Source: a bacterium (GTDB lineage Bacteria; SZUA-182; DTGQ01; JAFGSM01). From it: 53,034 nt of DNA. Position 1 is the stretch's first letter, and every line of letters starts with the position of its first letter. The stretch spans positions 1 to 53,034 of the forward strand of contig JBLIRP010000015.1 in the NCBI GenBank assembly GCA_049472355.1. The letters are read 5' to 3'. The notes under the pieces are model-generated. The model saw only the letters and a list, made by a program, of their open reading frames with translations. It was not told where the DNA came from and searched no databases. The position numbers were made by a program, and so were the translations under genes. This document shows, piece after piece, positions 20,350 through 30,582 of this stretch.

Positions 20350-22532
20350 AGCCGCCCCCTCTTGGCAGGTCTCTGATTTTTTTTCACCAGTTTTTTACAT
20401 GCGTTGTGAATCGTTTCATCCGATAGGCGGCTGCCGATAGCGACCAGATTTAATATGACTTCGAACGGATAATGATCCAGGGATTCAAACAGCACCCTCT
20501 TCATATGTAAAAGACCCTTCGGATAAAGCGTCCATGAGCCCTTTGCAAGCTTTTCCAGCATCGGTATCGCGGTAGGATCAACGATTTTCCCCAAGGCAGT
20601 GATAATCTTTTCATTCATCTCGTAGTCGGTCTTAAAAAAGGCCATCCGCCTGATCTTCGCTATAAGGTCCTGAGTCATCTCGGTGATCCGGTAACTTCCC
20701 GCCAGGGCGATTGCCTGACAGCACTCTCCGTGCTCTTTGGACCGGAGCGATTTACGAAGCAGAATGGTGGCCCATGGGTCCTTTAATCGAACCAGGGCTC
20801 CAAGGGCGTCCAATCTCACGTCCTGGTCGTGATGATGAAGAAGTCGCTTCAAATATGCAACATCCGTCTGACCGTCCAGGCGGCTGGCAAGCCTCAAAAG
20901 ATTCCTCACGATTTGTATATCGGGATGTTTGAGTCTCTTCTTAACCAGGTTAACGGTACGGTGTTTGAAGTGGTACAGAAGGTTAAAAAGGATATCCTCT
21001 TCATCCTGATCGTCCTTCGCCATATAATGATCAAGAACCGTTGGAATGGTGCGCGGCCCCAGTGCCACCAAAAAATTGAGGGCATCCCTCCCTTTCCGTT
21101 TTGAAGAAGTCTCAATCGCATGCACAACCTTGGTGATGAACTGGAGGTCCTGGAAACTCGTCAGGGCCTTTTCAGCCAATGTCTTAATTCCCTGGTTTCT
21201 CTTTGTAAATCGATGTTTCGATAGTGTTTTGAAGGTGGTCAAGAGGAATCTGAATTCTCCCCTTTCAAGAAGGATGTCCAGGGTGGAAATCAGCCTGTTG
21301 AGGAAGATATTGTAATCATCCTCGTCCATCTTCCTGTTCATATAGGCTTGAAGCACGCGGGCTATCTGGATATCAATATGGTCCCTATCCATGGTCGGCA
21401 TAAGCTCTTCAAGCGGAAATGGCGATTCATCCCTTGGCAGATCCGCTTCCGGGGACCCGGTCAAGTTTTGAATCATTGCCCCGTAATCTGAACCAACGAA
21501 ATTCTCAACCTGCTCGCGTTTAAAGAGCTCTCGAAATTGTTCCTTTGACATCCGGGCGGATTGGCTTTGGGAGGGGCGATCCGATCGTGCATCATCATCC
21601 CGGACATTGGAGATTTTTTGAACGAACCTCAACAGGGAGGGCGAAATCTCCCTTCCCTCCCTGTTGGCCTGACTTATCATTTCAATAACCATGTCATCCG
21701 GAAAAGACACCAGGGCATCATGGGTGCCTTTTGACGCGCATTGATTGAATGTAGCCGATAAAAACTGTTGTTTGAGATCCGGGTTCAGTTGTTTTATAAG
21801 GGTATTGAATTTTTCGAGAATAGGTGATTTTTCACCCGTTTCTTCCTTATTGAGCGTTGCTTCTTGAACCTGTTCAGATAGAATCCTTTGATAACTCTTG
21901 ATCGCCGTATGTGGATCCAGTTTTTGATCATTCATGAGCTGGGCGAGTTTTGCGGGATCCATCCGTGTGGGGTCTCTGATATCCTGTCCGCTCTCAGACG
22001 CCATGGTTGTCCCGGATAAAAGATTTGCAGCGAAATCCTGCCATACATCCTTTTGCTTGACCGTTTGGGGCCGGACGATCTCCGCTTCCTCGGTGAATTG
22101 AAATTTGCCGAAATCAATGCACTGCACCTTGATATGGGAAATGGGGGCATCGTCTATGGCCTTTTCCAGTCCGCCTGCACCTCGTATGTCCTCGGGTTTG
22201 GTCGAGAGCAGGCTCAGGAACTCAAGGAGTTCGCTCTTGTCCAAGCCCTGTGAAAAGGTAATGGATGCGATATCATATTGGCTCAATGTCAGGGCAAATT
22301 CCCTATGTCCGGGATTTTTGGGATCGAGACATTCCTGATCAACAAGCAGGCAATCCTTTACAATCCCGAATGTTATTTCCGGCATTATGTCAAGTATCCC
22401 CCTCATACTGCCATATGTCTGGTCGGCGCTGATGTTCACTATATTATGCCCTTGTGGATACATCAGGATATTCTTTCTCAGGATATTGAGATCGATGACC
22501 AATCTGGCCATACGCTTATTGTCGATTCTCAT
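20343..22532 (-). CDS. HEAT-repeat domain protein, partner of the HD-GYP gene
   Basis: N-terminal MYPQGH motif resembling the HD-GYP N-terminus; C-terminal HEAT-like repeats (IVRNLLRL, DQDVRLDALGAL). Confidence 0.8.
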   Translation of the reverse strand: MRIDNKRMARLVIDLNILRKNILMYPQGHNIVNISADQTYGSMRGILDIMPEITFGIVKDCLLVDQECLDPKNPGHREFALTLSQYDIASITFSQGLDKSELLEFLSLLSTKPEDIRGAGGLEKAIDDAPISHIKVQCIDFGKFQFTEEAEIVRPQTVKQKDVWQDFAANLLSGTTMASESGQDIRDPTRMDPAKLAQLMNDQKLDPHTAIKSYQRILSEQVQEATLNKEETGEKSPILEKFNTLIKQLNPDLKQQFLSATFNQCASKGTHDALVSFPDDMVIEMISQANREGREISPSLLRFVQKISNVRDDDARSDRPSQSQSARMSKEQFRELFKREQVENFVGSDYGAMIQNLTGSPEADLPRDESPFPLEELMPTMDRDHIDIQIARVLQAYMNRKMDEDDYNIFLNRLISTLDILLERGEFRFLLTTFKTLSKHRFTKRNQGIKTLAEKALTSFQDLQFITKVVHAIETSSKRKGRDALNFLVALGPRTIPTVLDHYMAKDDQDEEDILFNLLYHFKHRTVNLVKKRLKHPDIQIVRNLLRLASRLDGQTDVAYLKRLLHHHDQDVRLDALGALVRLKDPWATILLRKSLRSKEHGECCQAIALAGSYRITEMTQDLIAKIRRMAFFKTDYEMNEKIITALGKIVDPTAIPMLEKLAKGSWTLYPKGLLHMKRVLFESLDHYPFEVILNLVAIGSRLSDETIHNACKKLVKKNQRPAKRGRLC

Positions 22533-22992
22533 CGCCTTATTGATCCGCGGCGATTCCGATGAAGCGCTATATTTTTTGCTCCGAAAATATCACATATCCT
22601 ATTGAAAATTATATTTTCATCCTTCGTGGCGCCGCTAAAGCGGCATGAGGGTTTGTCTCGAAAATCGATCTTCATTCGGTTCTCACCGGCGATAATTCTA
22701 TTAATAACATGAATATATCAGTGGGTTTTATACCCATGGCGACATTTCTACTCTATATATCGTCTTTTCATCATGCTACAACCATGATTCGGTGGTATTT
22801 CTCCCTCATGCGATAAAGCAAAAAAATATTCTCCGTATCAAATATTCTCGGTATCAAAGGTAAGGAAATGCAACTGCTCAGTACACTATTGAAAAAGGGA
22901 AAGGAGGGATGATGATCGATTGTGAAAGGTGCTCCGCTTGTTCAAGCCCGAGGCGAGGTCTTGGGCGCACCCTGCCGGGCGCACCCAAAAAA

Positions 22993-23018
22993 AGACCCGC
23001 ATGAAACCATGCGGGTCT
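22993..23018 (-). terminator. Rho-independent terminator
   Basis: AGACCCGCATG-aaac-CATGCGGGTCT perfect 11-bp stem flanked by A and T tracts, just downstream of the Gly-rich gene. Confidence 0.8.
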
Positions 23019-23051
23019 GTATATTTTTTCTTTTTATTGCAATAAGCCGCC

Positions 23052-23807
23052 TTAGATGAGACCGGTGAGCCCCAGGCCTCCGCCGAGTCCGAGACCCAAG
23101 CCGCCAAGCCCGCCCATCATCAAAGAGGGAGACATTAGGCCGCCAATACCCATGAGACCGCCGCCCAAGCCCAGGCCGCCGAGGCCCATAAGTCCACCGC
23201 CCAAGCCATAGCCGCCGAGGCCCATGAGACCGCCGCCTAAGCCATAGCCGCCGAGGCCCATGAGACCGCCACCTAAGCCCAGGCCACCGAGGCCCATGAG
23301 GCCGCCGCCCAAGCCATAACCGCCGAGGCCCATAAGTCCGCCGCCCAAGCCCAGGCCACCGAGGCCCATGAGACCGCCGCCCAAGCCATAGCCGCCCATC
23401 ATCAGGGGAGTCATTGACGTGGTACCGTATCCATATTGGGAACCCAAACCATACATGCCGCCATACATGCTCCCGTAGCCTGAGCCATACATGCCGGAGC
23501 CGCTGCCGTACATGCCGTAGCCGGAGCCGTACATGCCGTAGCCGGAGCCGTACATACCGTAGCCGGAGCCATACATGCCGTAGCCGGAGCCATACATGCC
23601 GTAGCCGGAGCCGTACATGCCGTAGCCGGAGCCGTACATGCCGTAGCCGGAGCCGTACATGCCGGAGCCGCCATAACCGTATGAACTAGGATAGTAACCG
23701 CTTGTATATTGGGCGTAGGTCAGATTGGAAGATACCAGTAAAAATGCCACAAGAAGGATCGAAACGAACAAGATCGTCTTAACCATTGCTTTGTACATAC
23801 TATTCAT
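23052..23807 (-). CDS. Secreted Gly/Tyr/Met/Leu-rich tandem-repeat protein
   Basis: Signal peptide ending TYA|Q; (GSGYGMY)x7 plus variants, then (GG[Y/L]GLGGGLMG[L/I])x7; strong terminator follows. Exact start uncertain (23825/23807/23798). Confidence 0.8.
   Translation of the reverse strand: MNSMYKAMVKTILFVSILLVAFLLVSSNLTYAQYTSGYYPSSYGYGGSGMYGSGYGMYGSGYGMYGSGYGMYGSGYGMYGSGYGMYGSGYGMYGSGYGMYGSGSGMYGSGYGSMYGGMYGLGSQYGYGTTSMTPLMMGGYGLGGGLMGLGGLGLGGGLMGLGGYGLGGGLMGLGGLGLGGGLMGLGGYGLGGGLMGLGGYGLGGGLMGLGGLGLGGGLMGIGGLMSPSLMMGGLGGLGLGLGGGLGLTGLI
23145..23396 (-). repeat. 36-bp coding tandem repeat x7
   Basis: Encodes GG[Y/L]GLGGGLMGL; units differ mostly at synonymous positions. Confidence 0.9.
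23487..23654 (-). repeat. 21-bp coding tandem repeat x8
   Basis: GCCGTACATGCCGTAGCCGGA units encoding GSGYGMY (7 copies plus one GSGSGMY variant). Confidence 0.92.
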
Positions 23808-24013
23808 TAACCTTTCTGAAGTCATTAAAAAAGATCCTGGAATGCTTTCTCAATATCTTCAATTCTCACATATTTTCGATGCGTTAATGATTCAGATTGC
23901 ATTCACCTATGGGCTTATATAAATCACCACCTATCCTCCTGTTCATCTTGATCAGCCGTTATTCAAATAGTTTTCAATTAGACGCACCTTTTCTCTTTTC
24001 TTTACGTTTCTTA

Positions 24014-24406
24014 TTAAATACCATCGATGATTCGATCCAACTCGTTAAATAAATTACTATTTTTGTCAAGACAGGTAAATACTCCAAATTCCAATGCCTT
24101 CGTTATGTTGATGTCATCGAGAAAAGAAGAAACAATAATGATTTTCTTGGTGGGATATAACTTCTTGATGATTTTCAGGAAATCGATGCCGGTTGCATCT
24201 CTAAGCCGCATATCGAGCAGGATGAGATCATATTCCCCGACGTCAATACCATCTTGGAACTCGGAAAAAGAACTGCAAATCGAAACATCGTAGCATTTTT
24301 GTAACAAATGATACTTCATTGCGTTACAAAAAATTGAATTATCATCGATAATCAAAATCTTATTAACCACTGGACGATAAACCCGCTTTCGAATACTCAC
24401 TGTCAA
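24014..24406 (-). CDS. Stand-alone response regulator receiver (AT-rich)
   Basis: KILIIDDN, YDLILLDMRL, IIVSS and LDK motifs; start codon uncertain. Confidence 0.8.
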   Translation of the reverse strand: MTVSIRKRVYRPVVNKILIIDDNSIFCNAMKYHLLQKCYDVSICSSFSEFQDGIDVGEYDLILLDMRLRDATGIDFLKIIKKLYPTKKIIIVSSFLDDINITKALEFGVFTCLDKNSNLFNELDRIIDGI

Positions 24407-24445
24407 AGATCATTAACCTGACGAACGTATTATGGCCTTTGTCAC

Positions 24446-24461
24446 AGCATTTGTCATGCCA
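24446..24461 (-). promoter_or_regulatory. Candidate sigma54 -24/-12 promoter
   Basis: TGGCATG-ACAA-ATGCT (GG-N10-GC), directly downstream of a sigma54 activator gene. Confidence 0.6.
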
Positions 24462-24512
24462 TATATATAACCCTTTTCTTTCAACAAAATAGGCAGATTA
24501 TCTCATTATAAT

Positions 24513-24559
24513 GTTTCAAAATGAGACGCTCAGAATGACATGGAATCCTGAAATGGGAC
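24513..24559. promoter_or_regulatory. Candidate upstream activator sequences for the enhancer-binding protein
   Basis: Near-palindrome GTTTCA-AAA-TGAGAC (24513-24527) and related ATCCTG-AAA-TGGGAC (~24545-24559), 50-100 bp upstream of the -24 element. Confidence 0.4.
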
Positions 24560-24583
24560 GCCCAGGGACAGAGTCGGGAGACC

Positions 24584-25972
24584 TTAGTGCTTGTCCAGGA
24601 TGGCAAGCTTTCTGAAAAGCGTTGATCTGCCGATTCCGAGCAACTTGGCAGCCATATTCTTGTTCCCCCCCGCCCTGGATAGGGCCTCGCGTATGTGGTG
24701 TTCCTCCACCTCGGACAGGGTGGGAAATCCCCTTTGTGAACCGGATTCTTCCCCGGACTGCACCGCCTCCGGAGTAATCGGTTCTGCGAAGTATGAATTC
24801 CCGCGAGGGAAATGGAGGGATGAGGGGGTGATGCAATCCTGCTCCTCCATGATCATTGCCCGTTCAATGATATTCTTCAATTCCCGCACATTCCCCGGGT
24901 AGGTGTACTGCTGGAGAAGCAGCGCGGAATCCTGGTGCAAGCCGGTGATGTGCTTATTGAACTCGTGATTGAATCGCTCAATGAATTGGCCGGCCAGGGG
25001 GAGGATGTCCTCCCTCCGTTCACGCAACGGCGGCAGGGTTATGGGAAATACGTTGAGGCGGTAGAAGAGGTCCTCCCTGAATGAAAGGGAGGCAATCATC
25101 TTTCTCAGGTCCCGGTTGGTTGCCGCAATGACCCGCAGGTCAACCTTGAGGTCCACCGTTCCGCCGATTCTTCTGAAGGTCCTCTGCTCGAGAAACCTGA
25201 GCAACTTGGCCTGGATCGAAAGATCGAGGGTGGCAATCTCGTCCAGAAACAGGGTACCGCAATCGGTCAGCTCGAGAAGCCCCCTCTTTTGTGTCTTTGC
25301 ATCGGTGAAGGCGCCCTTTTCGAACCCGAACAGCTCGCTTTCCAGCAGGGCGGTGGGCAGCGCAGAACAACTGATATCCACAAATGGCTTTTCCGCGCGA
25401 GGACTCAATCGATGAATGGTACGCGCGACCAGTTCCTTGCCGGTGCCGCTTTCACCCACTATGAGCACGGTGGTGTTCTCCAGCCTGGACACCCTGCGTA
25501 TCATATGGTACACGTTCTTCATTGCCCGGCTTTCAAAAACGGTGAGACGCTCATCCTCGAATCGCCGCTGAAGTTGCTTTTTGAGCAACACGTTCTCGGT
25601 GGCAAGGGTGTACGTCCTGAGGGCCTTTTTGACGGCTACCTTCAGCTCCTCGACATCGGCGGATTTGATCAGATAGTCATCGGCACCCTGTCGTATCGCT
25701 CGAATGGCGTCGTGGATATCCTGTGAGGCGGTCAGAATGCTGATCTGGATATCGGGATGTTCCTTTCGGATATGTTCCATGGTCTGAAATCCATCCATCC
25801 CCGGAAGGGAAAGATCGAGCAGAACGAGATCGAAGGGCTCATCCTTGAAACGGCGCAGGGCGTCTTCTCCGCTATACACGCACGAACACAAAAACCCCTC
25901 CGATTCCAGGGAGCGGCAAATGCTTTTGGAAATCATGCGATCATCATCAACGATCAGAATGCGAAACGACAT
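24584..25972 (-). CDS. sigma54-dependent response regulator (NtrC/AtoC family)
   Basis: Receiver domain; GESGTGKE, ESELFGFEKGAFTDA, LFLDEI, FREDLFYRLNV and PGNVRELKN motifs; Fis-type HTH. Confidence 0.95.
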   Translation of the reverse strand: MSFRILIVDDDRMISKSICRSLESEGFLCSCVYSGEDALRRFKDEPFDLVLLDLSLPGMDGFQTMEHIRKEHPDIQISILTASQDIHDAIRAIRQGADDYLIKSADVEELKVAVKKALRTYTLATENVLLKKQLQRRFEDERLTVFESRAMKNVYHMIRRVSRLENTTVLIVGESGTGKELVARTIHRLSPRAEKPFVDISCSALPTALLESELFGFEKGAFTDAKTQKRGLLELTDCGTLFLDEIATLDLSIQAKLLRFLEQRTFRRIGGTVDLKVDLRVIAATNRDLRKMIASLSFREDLFYRLNVFPITLPPLRERREDILPLAGQFIERFNHEFNKHITGLHQDSALLLQQYTYPGNVRELKNIIERAMIMEEQDCITPSSLHFPRGNSYFAEPITPEAVQSGEESGSQRGFPTLSEVEEHHIREALSRAGGNKNMAAKLLGIGRSTLFRKLAILDKH

Positions 25973-25980
25973 GAATACCC

Positions 25981-27138
25981 CTATGCCTTGTTATCACTGT
26001 CTGCTGGCTGGTCAATGGGAAGATATATCAGGACAGTGGTGCCCTTCCCTTCCTGGCTTCGTATATCAATGAATCCTTCGTGAAGATCCAGTATCCTGGT
26101 GACGATGGAAAGCCCGAGGCCGGTTTTTCCCGGTGATTGTGAGTAGAAAGGATCGAATATTCGGGGCAGATATTCCTCACTGATGCCGACGCCCGTGTCC
26201 TGAATCGATATTCGTGCAAACTGCCTTTGTTCCTCTTCCTCACGAAATGTATCCGTAGTGATGCTGATGGTCCCTCCCCCCGGCATCGCATTGATTGCAT
26301 TGAGGAAGATGTTCAAAAAGACCTGTTGCATCTTCGATGTGTCGATCTGAATGGGGGGGATAGTCGAATCGTATGACTTTTGGATGGTTATTCCGTGCGA
26401 GCTGAACTTTTTCTTCAGTAGATTCAATGAAATATTAATTGGCTCATGGAGATCTTCGCTCTTGGTGATGAACACCTTTGGCTTTCCGAAATCCATCAAA
26501 TCGTCCAGGAGCATTTCAAGCCGTTTGACCTCATGGAGGATGCTTTCCACATCGCTGTGCATCTCCTCCTCCACCTCCCTGTTTTTCATACGTTCCAGAA
26601 TCGACGCCGCCATGAGGCCTATACCCACCAGGGGGTTCTTGATCTCGTGGACGATGGAGGCCGCGAGCTCGCCCATGATCTTCAGCCTGCCGTGATGCTG
26701 AAGCTCCCGCTCCATTCTGAGTTGATTGGTGATGATCCTCCCTATTGCGACAACACCCACAATGTGCCCGCTGTCATCATACACCGGATGCCTGCTGATG
26801 GATACCCTCTCGCTGCCTACGGAAATAAGCAGTGCCTCATCGACCATATTTCCCTTGCTCTCGCTCAGTATGGGACAATCCCTGCACGGTTCATTCCGGT
26901 TGCGAAGAAGGGCATAACATTTCTGACCGATGCATTCCTCGGAGGGTTTCTTGAGCAGCCGTTCATAGGCCTTGTTGACCATGAGGATGGTGTAATCGGT
27001 ATCGATGATTGATATGATATCAATCACCCCGTGGAACACACTCTTAAATCGCGCCCGGTATACCATCCATCCCTTTCTCTGCTGTAAAAAGCGGCCCTCT
27101 TTCCTGTCCGATAAGTACGAATCGTTCACAACCCACAT
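25981..27138 (-). CDS. Cytoplasmic PAS-domain sensor histidine kinase
   Basis: PAS with GQKCY...PCRDCP; VHEIKNPL, NIFLNAINAM, DTGVGI and GLGL boxes. Confidence 0.92.
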   Translation of the reverse strand: MWVVNDSYLSDRKEGRFLQQRKGWMVYRARFKSVFHGVIDIISIIDTDYTILMVNKAYERLLKKPSEECIGQKCYALLRNRNEPCRDCPILSESKGNMVDEALLISVGSERVSISRHPVYDDSGHIVGVVAIGRIITNQLRMERELQHHGRLKIMGELAASIVHEIKNPLVGIGLMAASILERMKNREVEEEMHSDVESILHEVKRLEMLLDDLMDFGKPKVFITKSEDLHEPINISLNLLKKKFSSHGITIQKSYDSTIPPIQIDTSKMQQVFLNIFLNAINAMPGGGTISITTDTFREEEEQRQFARISIQDTGVGISEEYLPRIFDPFYSQSPGKTGLGLSIVTRILDLHEGFIDIRSQEGKGTTVLIYLPIDQPADSDNKA

Positions 27139-27502
27139 TCATCCGTTGACGCATCCCGAAGCAGGCGAGGATACCCCGCATGCATACTTATTCATCGGTT
27201 ATTTCCAATAAAACATATAGAAACAGGCACCCTGAGGCACTGCCCTTGATCCGGCACCTCATGCGCTGGTTGAAGGCATCCCTATACTATCATATTTTTT
27301 ACTATGTTACCTTACCATGTCCTATGTGCTATGCATTCAATAACAGACGCACCCAAGGAATAATAGCGTACGGCAGGAACCGGGAGAAAGGGCAAGGATG
27401 ACGGATCGGCGCGTGGACGGGTCATGCGGACTGGATGACCACATGCACGAACGCATCCGGCACCGCTGACAGGGTGCTCCACGCAGCGGATTAATCCACG
27501 AT

Positions 27503-28192
27503 TCATTCCTCGGGGTGCAGGCCGCATATCACGAGCACCTCTCGGTGATCATCCAGGTAATATCGTGCATTCAGGTCCTTGTTTTTGTACGAGGCAAACG
27601 GCACCCCCGCCCCCTCGGCGACCAGTTGGTCAACCTCGGAATCCCCTATGTACAAGGCCTCCTGCGGCTGCAGACGAAAATGTCCCAAAATAGTAAGGAG
27701 GCATTCCGGATGGGGTTTTGGATGGCGCACATCAAGGCAGGTTACCACGAGATCGAAGAGTTCACCCAGGCGGTGTTCCTTGATGATCAACGGCATGCTC
27801 ATCCCCCTGTTGGTGGCGATTGCAGTCCTGCAAGCAGCGCGCAGGCGCCTGAGGGTGAAGTGGATATGCGGTTCCAGGCGCAGCAAGGGGATGAAGGGGG
27901 TATTGTCCACCACCTCCAGATAGGCTCGTGCCTCCTCGATCCATGGCGTACCGTGGAAGAGATGCTCCACCGCCCCACGGGCGGTGGAAACGTGGACGAA
28001 TTCCAGTTGCTCCCCGTGCAGGGGGGGCATGCCGAACCGTTCCAGGATATGATTGTAGAATGCCTCGTTAGCCCCCTTCGAGTCCAAGATCACGCCGTCG
28101 CAATCATAGACCAGGAGCTTCGGCCTCCCGGCGTCACCAGAACCGCTTGCCGGGTATGGATGCCTCCGCCCGTCTGCCTCCCTACCCTTCAT
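27503..28192 (-). CDS. HAD-family phosphatase (phosphoglycolate phosphatase-like)
   Basis: DCDGVILDS, ATNR, KPHPE and IGDSEVD motifs. Confidence 0.88.
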   Translation of the reverse strand: MKGREADGRRHPYPASGSGDAGRPKLLVYDCDGVILDSKGANEAFYNHILERFGMPPLHGEQLEFVHVSTARGAVEHLFHGTPWIEEARAYLEVVDNTPFIPLLRLEPHIHFTLRRLRAACRTAIATNRGMSMPLIIKEHRLGELFDLVVTCLDVRHPKPHPECLLTILGHFRLQPQEALYIGDSEVDQLVAEGAGVPFASYKNKDLNARYYLDDHREVLVICGLHPEE

Positions 28193-29219
28193 AGCTCAGG
28201 ATGACCTCGATATATTCTGAGGGATTCTGATCGAGGAATTCAAAGGCGTTCGCCGCCTTTTCCAGGGGGAACTTGTGGGTAATCAGGTATGCGGGTCGTA
28301 ACCGGCTGATCATGTGTAGTGCGAGCTGGATACGCCGTGCCCTTGTCCAACGTGAGGAGAGCTTCGGGGGCACGACGCTTCCCAGGCTGCTTATCACCTG
28401 GATTCGGTTCCGGTAGAAGCAGCCGCCCAGATCCAAGGTGGGGCGTCTCCTTCCATACCAGGAGCCGACGAGGACCCTCCCTCCGAATCCCGTGACCGCA
28501 ATGGCCGTGTCAAGGGCATTCGGGTTCCCCGAAACCTCGAAGGCCAGATCAGCCCCCCCATAGGCGCGGTCTCCCTTGAGCATCGAGTGAACCTGGTCCA
28601 TCACCTCGGGGAACAAGGGGTCCAGGCTCGCCTGCGCACCGAGATCCATGGAGGTACGGCGGCGGCGCGGATAGCGATCCAGGCTGACCAGACTGGCGAG
28701 GGGAAACTGCGCGAGCAGGGCTGTGGTCAGCAATCCCACGATCCCTTGGCCGAAAACCACCACCTGTTCACCCACAAGGGGACAGCCGTCGGCAACAAGA
28801 TTGAGGGCCGTTTCCATGAACGGGATCAGGAGGGCCTCCTCAGGGGAGACGCCGTCCGGTATCGGCACAAGCTCATTCAGGGGGACGCAAAAATGACTCT
28901 CGTGATGGTGGAAGGAGAAGACCATCCGTCCCTGCCATGAGGAATTCACCCCCTGACCGCACTGCGTCACCCTTCCCACGGCGGAATACCCGTATTTCAT
29001 AGGAAATTCGAATCCCTCCAATGGTGAGGGAATGATCTCATCCATACCTGACACGGCAGGCGCCTGGCCCTGGTATATGAGCAGATCGGTCCCCGGGCTG
29101 AGTGCGGAGAAGAGTGTGGTAACCAGCACCTGCCCGGGGGCGGGAGGTTTAAGCTTCTCCTCCCGAACCACCACCTTGTAGGGTTCTTCAAGGTACAGAA
29201 CACGCATGTTCATCGGCAA
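28182..29219 (-). CDS. MDR-family (zinc-binding alcohol dehydrogenase-like) oxidoreductase
   Basis: SPGTD, FPMKYGYSAVG, HESHF, VFGQGIVG, FEVSGNP and VGSWYG motifs. Confidence 0.85.
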   Translation of the reverse strand: MPMNMRVLYLEEPYKVVVREEKLKPPAPGQVLVTTLFSALSPGTDLLIYQGQAPAVSGMDEIIPSPLEGFEFPMKYGYSAVGRVTQCGQGVNSSWQGRMVFSFHHHESHFCVPLNELVPIPDGVSPEEALLIPFMETALNLVADGCPLVGEQVVVFGQGIVGLLTTALLAQFPLASLVSLDRYPRRRRTSMDLGAQASLDPLFPEVMDQVHSMLKGDRAYGGADLAFEVSGNPNALDTAIAVTGFGGRVLVGSWYGRRRPTLDLGGCFYRNRIQVISSLGSVVPPKLSSRWTRARRIQLALHMISRLRPAYLITHKFPLEKAANAFEFLDQNPSEYIEVILSYEG

Positions 29220-29384
29220 CTCGATCCTGATTTCCGATCAGATCCGTTTCCATCCCGTGTGTGCGCTCTCATAGGCTAACGGCACGAAACACCCATGGTC
29301 TTTCGATCAAAACGAAGGATGAAAGTTATTTAAAACAAGTGATTAGTTGAAATCTTTCATATAAAATCGACGTAGAAACGGCGA

Positions 29385-30209
29385 TCACGTTTCCTCCCGC
29401 AGGGCCTGCTTCGCACTGCCCTGCCCGATCATGTCCGATATCTTGATCTCCGGATGCCGGTAGCGCTTCCGGCCCGGGGTATTTGTGCCGAATTCGATCG
29501 CCTCCTGCGGACACCAATGCAAACAGGCAAGGCACTGCTGGCAGTGATGAAGCCAGTTCGGCCTCCCCTCCTTCATCTCAATATTGTTCACCGGGCACAC
29601 CTGGGCGCAGATCTCGCAGCTCGTGCAATGCTCGTTGACCCAGAACTCTTTGTCTGCCTGGGGAAGATGCGGTGCCCCCATCCTGTAGATGAGCCCCGAA
29701 AAGAGCATATTCGCCACAACAAAGCTCGATTCAATGCGGCTGCGCCTCTGTTCGCCGATCACCTCTGCGATACGCGGCATCTTTTCCGCTTCACGGGAAA
29801 ACAATCGCTGCTGCTTTTCCTCGGAGTACGCCCCATAGAGCGGTGTATAATTCCCCGGCATGTGCACGCCAAAGCCTGCCGAGAGTCGATGCCCCTTGGC
29901 GGCGAGCAGCCTGTCGATCTGTTTGAGTGTCGCGCCCTGCAGACCCCCGAAGGTGACGATCCCGAAGAGATAGGGCGCCCCCATTACCACCAGCCTGGTC
30001 ACGAAATCCGCGACGATGAGGGGCAGTCCCCACATATACACGGGACACACGATGCCGGCCTGATCGGCGGAAACATGTATGGTTTCCTTATCCATGACCG
30101 ATGCAATGGGGACGAGGTACGTGGAACCGAGTTCCCTGGCAAGGTCCCGCGCGACCTTGAGGGAATTCCCCGTGCCGGTGAAATAGTAGATGATCCTGCT
30201 CATGCTCAT
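29385..30209 (-). CDS. EFR1-type flavodoxin/4Fe-4S ferredoxin fusion
   Basis: YYFTGTGNS, MPGNY, CTSCEICAQVCP and CQQCLACLHWCP motifs. Confidence 0.9.
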   Translation of the reverse strand: MSMSRIIYYFTGTGNSLKVARDLARELGSTYLVPIASVMDKETIHVSADQAGIVCPVYMWGLPLIVADFVTRLVVMGAPYLFGIVTFGGLQGATLKQIDRLLAAKGHRLSAGFGVHMPGNYTPLYGAYSEEKQQRLFSREAEKMPRIAEVIGEQRRSRIESSFVVANMLFSGLIYRMGAPHLPQADKEFWVNEHCTSCEICAQVCPVNNIEMKEGRPNWLHHCQQCLACLHWCPQEAIEFGTNTPGRKRYRHPEIKISDMIGQGSAKQALREET

Positions 30210-30260
30210 ATCCCCCTGTCAAGGGTCGTTGGGAGTGCCCCGCCAACAAAACTATGTAAG

Positions 30261-30284
30261 GCGGAGCGAAGCGGAGCTACTATG
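30261..30284 (+). repeat. Dispersed GCGGAGCGAAGCGGAGC repeat copy
   Basis: Same core at 41975-42111 (minus), 48603-48642, 48761-48799 and 49181-49222 (minus). Confidence 0.7.
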
Positions 30285-30582
30285 TTGCTCTTTCAAGTTA
30301 CCTTTATCTGTAGTTCTCGTCCGCAGGCACACAGGGGCATCCGCCTTCCCCGCCGCCCGCAATGCAGGCAGTAATTTCGATTTCATGTCCCATTATACTA
30401 AAATTTGGAGGCAGGGCAAAAACCTTTTGCATCCTCTTCAATTCATGAGGGGAGATCATTCCGTTATCGACCAGATGCGTAAACGAGCCATAGTGGCAAG
30501 GGTCTGCAAACGCATACACGCGCAACACAAAGCGGAAAGGCATGGCGTCAGAATTCTTATCAAGGGGGTAAAGGGACAGAGG

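Noticed and set aside
22612..22666. Short hairpin element (GCCGC-TAAA-GCGGC) bracketed by GAAAAT
   Set aside because: Single copy in the window; cannot support a mobile or regulatory call.
23487..23654. Possible CRISPR array
   Set aside because: The units are contiguous 21-bp in-frame coding repeats with no unique spacers, and there are no cas genes.
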